Of a DNA stretch of 64,000 nucleotides, positions 54,287-64,000 are shown one piece after another. Source of the DNA: Octopus sinensis (lineage: Eukaryota); contig NC_042999.1 of NCBI RefSeq assembly GCF_006345805.1, positions 111,662,001 to 111,726,000 on the forward strand. The letters run 5' to 3'. Position 1 is the stretch's first letter. Each line of letters begins with the position of its first letter. Under the pieces are notes generated by a model, which ran no database searches, was not told the DNA's origin, and saw only the letters and a program-made list of their open reading frames with translations. A program made the translations under genes and the position numbers.

Positions 54287-56764
54287 TGGTCGGCGAACGA
54301 ACCACCAAAAAAAAGGAGTATCAGAATAACAAACTCGGCATCTGAACAACTTTGGACCCCCATAACAACTGAAGAGGTCACCCAGGCACTGCAAAGACTA
54401 AGCAACTGTAAGGCACCTGGGCATGACAAGATCCCCAACTTCTGGTTGAAATATCTAACAGGAATGCACAAAAAGCTGGCTGAAAACTTTAACAACGTAC
54501 TAGCAGAGCCAGAGACAATGCCTGAATGGCTCACGAAGGGGAAAACCATCTTAATTCCCAAATCAAATGAAACAGAAAAACCAGAAAACTACAGACCAAT
54601 AACCTGCCTCCCTACTATGTTCAAGGCATTTACTGCAGTGATATCACAAAGGCTGAACAAGCACCTGGACGAAAACAAACTGTTCCCAGAAGAGCAGAAA
54701 GGATGCCGCAAAGGCTCATATGGCTGTAAAAATCAACTAATGATTAATAAAGCCATAACTGAAGACAGCCACAGAAAGAAGAAAGGCCTCAGTATAGCCT
54801 GGATTGACTACAAAAAGGCGTTTGATAGCATCCCCCACACATGGATCCTCGAAACACTAGCCATTAACAAAGTAGCACCAACAATCATAAAATTCATAGA
54901 GCACTCTATGAATAAATGGCAAACAGTCCTACACCTCCAAACAAAAGAGGGACTCATGAAAACCAAAGACATCCCCATTAGAAGAGGAATATTCCAGGGA
55001 GACACGCTCTCTCCACTCCTTTTCTGCTTGGCACTGTCACCTCTATCTGATATGCTAAATAGAACTGGATGCGGATATAAATGTTACGGAAAAACGATAA
55101 GCCACCTTTTATATATGGATGACCTAAAACTATACGCTGCAAATGACAAACAGCTGGAAACACTATTAAAGACAGTTCATGGATTTACCAAAGAAATAGA
55201 TATGAAATTTGGATTAGAAAAATGCGCCAAAGTATCCCTGAAAAGAGGAAAACTAGTTAAGAGTAACAACATCACACTAGATAAAACCAATGAAATAAAA
55301 GAATTAGACCAAAGCCAAACTTACAAATGCTTAGGAATCCATGAACTAGATAAGACACAACACACACAAATGAAAGAGAAAATAAAAAAAGAATATTATA
55401 GACGAGTTAGATCAATACTAAACACAGAGCTCAATGCTAAAAACAAGATAATAGGTATCAACACTTTAGCTGTCCCAGTTATAAGTTACAGCTACAATAT
55501 CCTTAACTGGACACGAAATGAACTGACCAAAATAGATAGGAAAACAAGAAAAATAATGACAGGATCTAGGATGCATCACCCAAAATCTGACATAGAAAGA
55601 CTATATATACAACGTATAGAAGGTGGTAGAGGCCTTATACAGCTGGAAAACTACTATAAAATAACCACCATAGGACTGCAAAAATATCTACTTCAGAAGG
55701 AAGGAAAACTGATCCAGATAGCGGCAAAACACGAGCAAAACAAAAAACTGTTCTCAGTATTTAAGGAAGCTGACAAATACGAACAAGAAATCATACCACC
55801 TAATAAACATGAAGAAGAAGAAGAAGATGAAGAGACAACAAAAGCTATAAAACAAATGAAATCCAAACTAAAAATAGAACAGCAACGAACCATGATAAAA
55901 CGATGGCAAGAAAAGCCCCTTCATGGTAAATACTGGACTAAACTAAACGCAAAAGAAATAGACAAAGAAAAATCCCAGCAATAGTTGAGAAGCTCAGGAC
56001 TCAAAGCAGAAACAGAGGGATTTTTAATTGCAGCACAAGACCAAAGCCTCCCCACCAGAAATTACCAAAAACATGTAATGAAAAGAAATATTACAAGTAA
56101 CTGCAGAATATGTGGAGATGGACAAGAAACAATAAATCATATTGTCTCTAGCTGCCCAGTCTTGGCTAAGAAGGAATATATTCACAGACATGACAGAGTT
56201 GGAACCTACATACATTGGAAGCTATGCCAACATTATGGAATAACAACAGAAAAAAGATGGTATAGGCACACACCAGAAAAGGTCACAGAAAACGAGAAAG
56301 CAACCATACTCTGGGATATGCCGATACACACAGATAGAGAAATTAAGGCCAACAGACCAGATATAGTTGTCAGAGATCATGAAGAAAAAAAATGCTTTCT
56401 AATTGATGTATCAATACCGGCTGATGACAAAGTGTCTCTAAAAGAAATGGAGAAACTCTCAAAATACAAAGACCTGGAAATAGAGGTAACTAGAATGTGG
56501 AATCTGAAAACAGAAACAATTCCTATCATAGTAGGTGCATTAGGCATGATAAAAAAATATTCAAACAAATACATAACAAAAACACCAGGACTTACAAACA
56601 CATATAACATACAGAAAATTGCACTACTAGGCACTGCACACATCCTACGCAGAACACTTCCATACAATAACCATCAGAGCATCACAACAAATCACAGCAC
56701 ATACCCAAGGCACACAGAGCTGCGCTCGGTAGTGAAGTGAAAACACGCTATAAAAATAAAACTA

Positions 56765-56767
<3 letters not shown>
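54287..56767 (+). mobile_element. R4/Dong-clade element (family 2), 5'-truncated, RT-REL reading frame intact but for one stop and a short terminal defect
   Basis: NYRPITCL, WIDYKKAFDS, GIFQGDTLSPLLFC, LYMDDLK, CRICG..H..C, RHD, NRPDIV, LIDVSIP; TAG at 55982-55984; (TAA)n both sides. Confidence 0.95.
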
Positions 56768-56837
<70 letters not shown>

Positions 56838-56885
56838 GTAATAATATTAGTAATAATAATAATAATAATAGTAATAATAGTAGTA

Positions 56886-56925
<40 letters not shown>

Positions 56926-57720
56926 GCCTATCAACCCGGAACTACCAGGCCAATGTGATGAAAAATGGAGCAGACCCAAAATGCCGATTCTGCAACGACA
57001 TGATTGAAACAGTGGACCACCTAATCTCTGGATGTAAAGTCTTAGCACCAGTGGAGTATAAATTAAGACATGACAGAGTTGGCCAATATCTACACTGGCT
57101 AATAAGTCGGCATTACAATATCAAAACTGCCGACAAGTGGTATAATCACCACCCTGAGGCTGTAACTGAAGGAGAAAATGTAACCATTCTGTGGGACTTT
57201 CCAGTACATACAGACCGAACCATCAAGGCCAATAAACCAGATATTGTTGTGAAAGACCAAAACAATAAAGTTTGCTTATTGATCGACATGAGCATCCCCT
57301 GTGATCATAATATCTCAGCAAAAGAGTTTGACAAGCTCAGAAAATATAAAGACCTACTCATTGAAATTGAGAAAATGTGGCATCTCAAGGCGGTTACAAT
57401 ACCAGTGATCGTAGGAGCACTAGGAATGATCAAGAAGGGAACCGAAAATTATATGAGAATGATCCCTGGCTTACCATCCCTGCAAGAAGTGCAAAAGATT
57501 GTCTTAACTGGTACATCACACGTATTGAGAAGAGCATTGTCGATGTGAGAACTGTTGCTGCTCATGCATTTTAATTTAACTTTAAAAAAAAAAAAAAAAA
57601 ATTAACGAACTACTGAGTTTGGTTTAATGGCCTACCAATATACACTATGAGTTTCTTTGCCCTAGGAGTCGGGAAGACACTCGGCAAGAAATGGAAGAAA
57701 ATTTGAAAGAAGAAAAAAAA
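56926..57720 (+). mobile_element. R4/Dong-clade 3' fragment (family 3)
   Basis: ORF 56955..57548: CRFC..H..C, RHD, NKPDIV, LIDMSIP, KY; (TAA)n both sides. Confidence 0.92.
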
Positions 57721-58039
57721 TAGTAATAATAATAATAATAATAATAATAGTAATAATAATTGCTCTCATGGAAAACCAGGCAGTGGTTCCCGTTGTTTCT
57801 GATCTTAACTAATTGGAAGTGTACATATTTTGTCTTGGTGTAAATGATGGACCACAACAAATATTCTGCCCAATGCAACAGAATTGCTTGTCAGTTGCTT
57901 GACCTCATCCAGTTGAACACGTTCCTTAGTGGCTGATATTATATGTGCAACTCTTATCACGTGTGGGTGAGCATCATAGCCATGTGTTCAGAGAGAATGG
58001 TTGTGAAAGTATGCACAGCATACAAACTTTTATGTCTCC

Positions 58040-58640
58040 AGAGTATGACTGTCACTGAAAGCCAATCAAGGAATCTCATAGTTTCTGGATTAACGTCTCT
58101 CAGTCGTCATTTTCCGACGCATTTCAGATGTATGCTGAGATTTAATGCATTCAGTCAGGTTGTATTCGCCACCTTCACCCACATTTTCATAAATTTAGAG
58201 GACAACAACACTTCTCTCTCCACTGTCACATTCTTCTCCAAATTAAAGAAGTCGATAAAGGCTTGACAGAATTTGAATGATGTATTCTCAGCTCCGGCAA
58301 TTTCGTCCACCACGCAATCTTTTTAGCTTATACTTCCAAAGAAAACTGTTCATCCTCTTTTATCAAAGGTTGGTGGTGCGATACTCACTTTAGATTCAGC
58401 TGATGGCCTGTTCCAACCTACACACAACAAACATACATGTGATATCATTTTGTTCACCATGAGTTTATTTCAAATCTGCAATACTACAAACAAAATCAAA
58501 GCCGGGCGAAGTTCTCCAGAACAGACCAACGAATTAAATTTCTCGAGTACTAATTTTCCTGAAAATGTTGTCATAGCAGAAAGCTTACGTGGGAGTTCCA
58601 CAGGGCGCATTGCTGGACTGCTAGAGATCTCAGAACGCCT
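58040..58640. mobile_element. Possible heavily decayed LINE RT remnants
   Basis: Minus-strand AFIDFFNLEKNVTVERE and plus-strand GVPQGALL resemble RT motifs; weak. Confidence 0.3.
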
Positions 58641-60550
58641 GACATCATTCCGGATTCCAATATTATTTATGAAGTTGTATAGTGGCTCTATACTACATTC
58701 AATTCCCCCTTCTCTGCATCATTCTTTCTCTCCCTCTATTCTATATTTATTCCGTTTATTTTCGCTTCTCCATTTCTATTTTTTCTCTCTCATTCGCTGT
58801 TGTATTTTTCTTTCCCTTGTTAGACAGTTAAAGTTAGTTTGTCACCTTACAAGTAGATATCACAAGAGCATTATTTAAACAACACTACCAGTGACAACAG
58901 CTGTGAAAGTAATATAGAATTCTTGACAAGAAGAATCTTCAAACAAACCAAACCTTAAAAATACAGAAAGCAAATTCAAGTAGGGTTCAAACTACTGATA
59001 CGGAAATAAATTAGAAAAAATAATAAACATAAAACAAAGAAAAATCGTATGTATACAGATAAAAACTCTGTTTTTTTAAAGAAAAGTATGCAAAAATATT
59101 TAAGGTCCACCCAAAAGAATCATAAAAATAATAGACAACAAATACTATTTCCATTTATACAGTTACATATGTTGAATTCTTGAAAGTAAGTAAAATGTCT
59201 CTTTAAGGTTTGTTTATCTTTCTATTTTAATAATCTTATAACAATGTTGCAATGCCAAATATATTAAGTGCATGTCTGTTTCTGTATGTTTGTGTGTGTA
59301 TATACGTATATACGTATATTGATGTGTACGAGTCCCAATGTGTGTATGTGTGTGTGTGTAGCAATCAGTGCAAGTGTGTATATGTGTGCCAATGTCCTTA
59401 TACAAAAAATAAAATTAGTTTATCAACCATACACCATGGGTTTCATGGGTTCCGTCTGTTGACGACGCTGTTATTGTATTGCTGGAGTTCCTTTTTTGTT
59501 TATCCCCAGACCTGATCAAATAGACATACGATCATACTATCTACTCTATGACAATGATATCTGTTATCTAGTCGGAGTGTATCTAGTATTGTTTTATACA
59601 ATGTGCGCATCTTCTACTTCCAAGACAGTAGGTTGTAATTTGAGAAGATAAGGCTGTTATATTTCAAAGGCCAGGTAGAAATTCCGTCATTGGCATATTT
59701 CGGTCGTTGCAATCTGTGGAAGGAGAAAGATAAAAGTCAATCAAGTACTCATAACACAGCATATCAAGAGGCTCATACAGATACAATCTCTAGATGAGTA
59801 CCTGTGGATGATGTGTAGATGCTCTGTGATACAGCATTTGCAGCAATTTGATCAGTTGTTAAATATCTTTACCGTATATACATAGCCTTTGAGCTGCCGA
59901 TAGTCTTTTCTTTGACACTTACTTTCCGAATGTTATATGAAAGTCCTAGGAAGAGTAACAAGTGGCAAGGATGGAACACTAGCTAAAGCTGAATAATGTT
60001 ACAGGGCATTCTATCGAAATTTGTTTGCATCCGCACAGCTGTTTGTAACACGTAGGTATACTCAATTCTTTTCCTACTAACATGTACGGTTGAAGATATA
60101 TACTCGATCCCTATTCTGTTGTGTAATAGATATATACCTAATATATCTAAAAAGGTATGTACTTAATTGCTGCTCTATTACATAATCTTAATTTAACATA
60201 TATAAAACTATAAATACTCGCGCCATAAAGTTATATTGACCGTATCTAAATACACGATAAATCTCTTTCTCATTCATTCTTCTCTCCTTCCCTATTTCAG
60301 TTTTTCTCTCTATACATATAGATGGCTAGACACACAGACAGACAGACAATCAGGCAGGCAGACAGGCAGTCAAGCAGACAGATGGATACATACATATATA
60401 TGTATATATATGTGAGAAACAGTAAGTTCAAAGAGAACAATTCAAACATTTTGGGGGATCCAAAAAGAGAGAAAAGGTGATTTCTAATAAGGATCCATAA
60501 TATTCATGAAAATCAACCAAAGCAGGTAATAAGAATATGAAAATAATATA

Positions 60551-61048
60551 TGAGGAGATTCGTTATAGGTATAAGAATATAGCATAAACAAGTATAAAAA
60601 ATGGAGAGATATTGAAACAGAAATAGGTTTATTATAAAACTGGATTCAATACATACGTACGTTTCGAAAAATAATGCAAAAATGTAAGAAAAATTTAAAT
60701 CATAGTGATTATAATTATAATTGAAAATAAAAAATGAAAATTGCAAATAAAAAATAAAAATAAAATTTAAAATTTAATTTATGCATTGTCATTCTCACCA
60801 GTGATGAGAATGACAATGAATAAATTAAATGTTATTTTTATTTTTTTTTGAAATTTTAATTTTTTACTTTCAATTATAATTATAATCACTATGATTAAAA
60901 TTTTTACTTACATTTTTGAATTATTTTTCGAAACGTACGTATGTATTGAATCCAGTTTTATAATAAACCTATTTCTGTTTCAACATCTTTTCACCATTTT
61001 CTTATACTTGTTTATGGTATATTCTTATACCTTTAACGAATCTTCTCA
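60551..61048. repeat. AT-rich fold-back (~245-bp imperfect arms)
   Basis: Centre cattgtcattctca-ccagtga-tgagaatgacaatg; arms match in reverse complement with scattered changes. Confidence 0.88.
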
Positions 61049-61049
61049 G

Positions 61050-61130
<81 letters not shown>

Positions 61131-62888
61131 ACAAACATATACAAACACACATGTATACAGCGAGAGAGAAAGAGAGACACAGAGATAGAGAGAGAGAGCA
61201 AGGCTCTTTAGAAAGCCTCAGGCTTAGGCATCGCTTATTTTTTCGCATTTCTACTATGCATTGCTTACTATGGTAGACAATATCCGAAAAATGCGAGCCG
61301 TCACTTGAAATTTCACGATGTAGTGAGAGCAAGCATCACCGCGGTTGATAACTCTCTAAAGACCGGCTGCAAAAGGCGTCCATCGTTGCTGCATTTGTGC
61401 AAATGATTATATGCCCCTTGTAGAACTGAAGAGGTATATCATTGCTACTTTAATTTGTATGTTCGTTGTGAGATAACAATCAGGGGATTGTCAATAGAAA
61501 TGTAGAGTCAGATAGTTTATCTCGACCGCTCCAATTGCCTCTGACTTTGGACTGACCTAAATAATTTACATCTATGAGTGCTTGCATGTATGTGTGTGCC
61601 AGTAAGTGTATGTGTGTGAGCGCGCGTTAATTTGCTAGATTGCTTGATATATGCATAGATAGAGATAGAGAAAGAGAGAGAGAGAGATTTTAGCTTGTGT
61701 ATTCTTTTTAGTCATGTCAAATGTCGTACTCTGCTTTAATTTTACAGTCATGAGTTAAGTTATCACACTCTGGATGTTCTGTTTTATCCAGTCAGCTATC
61801 AATAACAGATTTCGTTAAACATCTCACTGGCGGCATCATAAATTCAAAAACAACAACTGTAGCAGCACCAGTAAAACTACAAACAACAAACAACTAACAA
61901 CTGAGAAACAGAAGCAGAGATACAACCAACCAGCAGACAGTAATAATTTCAGTAATATTGCACTAAGAATCGGTCAGCATCGAATATCTGTTGTTAGCTT
62001 CAAGTCAGAGATTTAGCTAACGTTTGGAATGATGTCGTCAACTGATAGTGTTCTCTTCATTTCCTTTCTTGTCATTCAAAGGTGTAAAAATATCCCGTTT
62101 CTAGTTTCTTCTCCATCTGCTACTACCCTTCTTACGTTTTCAGCTTTCTCATAATATGCTGATAATATGCCAGTGGGTTCGTCTAGCGGACAGAGTGTAG
62201 TCATTTAGCGGTTGGTTCATTCAAATAGTTTCAACGAATTTGTTGTGTGGACGCCCTCAGACGATGAAGTAGACTAGCCAGAAAAGGAAGATATAGAGGG
62301 AGAAGTCTAGACGTCGAGAGGAGAGGAGCAGAGTTGAGTAGAAGGCATCCGAACGTGCGACATAACAGAATTGAAGAAAACGTTATTTCTTACATTGATT
62401 ATCAGAAGACTGTACATGGATATAGGGGTGTAACAGCAGATCCTATACGTAGTCATTAAAATTGCTTGAAAGAGCGGCCAGGTTGCCGGCAGAAAATGCA
62501 ACAACAAAGTAATACTACGTAGACCAAAATATATAGTATGTTCACGGTTGGATTGTCTATAAACAGATTTATTGAACAACAGCAACAACATCTTTTGCTG
62601 TTGTTGTCGAACCAAACGAGAATCTTCTACGAAATTCTTGGATCTTTTAGGAATTCTCATTCAATTCACATTCAGTAAATGCAAGGGAATATTTATATTT
62701 TTCAGTGTTGTCTGTGATAAACTAAATCTGAAAAGATTAAGCAGTCACAATGACTGCTTGACCAAGAATAATAGGGAGGAAACAACAACACCAGTGAAAT
62801 GATGTGCAATGCATTAGATAAAAACCATAGGATAAGATGCCTTAGTATTTCTTTCGGCTTCCTGCACTTTGAGTGTAAGACCCCTCCT

Positions 62889-62934
<46 letters not shown>

Positions 62935-63415
62935 GGTCAAGTTTACTACGTGTCCATTTTGGTAATGCGTTCCAGGTCATTCGCTTCTGAATAAATTTAT
63001 AACATTCTCTCACCAATCTGCGAGGCCTGATAAATTAAAGAACCATGAGTACGACAGTTCCCAACCTGACTGAACGTTAAAAAGAGTAAGTGAGGGAACT
63101 TGATAGTTTATTTAGCTCATTGATCCTTTTAAGATATAAGATAAAATCCATTCGACTGGAATCGAACTCTCAAACGAGTAGAATAAAATCAATTATTTAC
63201 TAATTGCATAGAGACCTTTACCCAAATGCTTCCTCTACAACAAACGAATGTCTTAATAAGGTATTTGTATATATGTTCAAACAAATGACATTGACATGAA
63301 ATAAATAAACTTTTATGAACTTGTTTTTCTTCTACCACTTCAAATCTGGATCATATTGCCAAATATACAAGCACATAATCAACACACATACACACACGCA
63401 CACACACACATGCGA

Positions 63416-63451
<36 letters not shown>

Positions 63452-63524
63452 TTATATGTATGCATGTATGACGCATTCTATAAATTTTTAGTACATATGC
63501 TAATAGGGTACTGTAAAAAATTAG

Positions 63525-63579
<55 letters not shown>

Positions 63580-64000
63580 CATATACATACATACATACGT
63601 GTTGTGTGTATAAATATATATATGCATATATACACATATATGTGTGTGTGCATATATACATATATGTTTGTGTGTATAGATATATATATATACTTATGTA
63701 TATATATATGCTTGTCTTATGCCAACAAGCTCCTCATCAGAACATCTCCATTTGACATGTACCTTTCATTGCACATTAATTGCCTTTGTTTTGTATACAT
63801 GTCACCTAAAGTGAAGCTAACTAATTTATTTAACAAGATTTGACATTATTAGAAACCTTTTCTGCCAGATCTGACATCTCTTCTTCAGCAGTGATGCTTC
63901 TTTAAACATTCTCATTGTTGTATTTACTTACACGTACATTCATTTGTGTGTGTGTGTGTGTGTGTGTATGTGTGTGTGTATGTGTGTGTATGTGTTGTGT

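Overview
AT-rich eukaryotic DNA dominated by microsatellites and retroelements. The SINE families resemble those I recall from octopus genomes, so a coleoid cephalopod is my inference. I cannot support any host protein-coding gene; the window looks intronic or intergenic, and most listed ORFs are microsatellite artefacts. Contents: one near full-length RTE LINE (6904-10856, -) and a second RTE fragment; several R4/Dong-clade (RT + restriction-like endonuclease) elements or fragments, all sitting in (TAA)n arrays; an ORF1 zinc-knuckle fragment; and about 20 tRNA-type SINE copies. The most notable layer is non-coding RNA structure. A ~552-bp tandem repeat (28211-29458) carries a complete type I hammerhead ribozyme in each full unit (- strand), as in a retrozyme or Penelope-type pLTR array, and could release a 551-nt monomer or circRNA. 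Its junction contains a ~135-bp segment copied from 2.4 kb away plus an inverted piece of the unit. Three further fold-back elements carry decayed hammerhead motifs. A candidate compact HDV-like ribozyme lies at the RTE 5' end. A ~795-bp triplicated unit contains hammerhead parts in a non-canonical order (speculative). All folding was done by eye.
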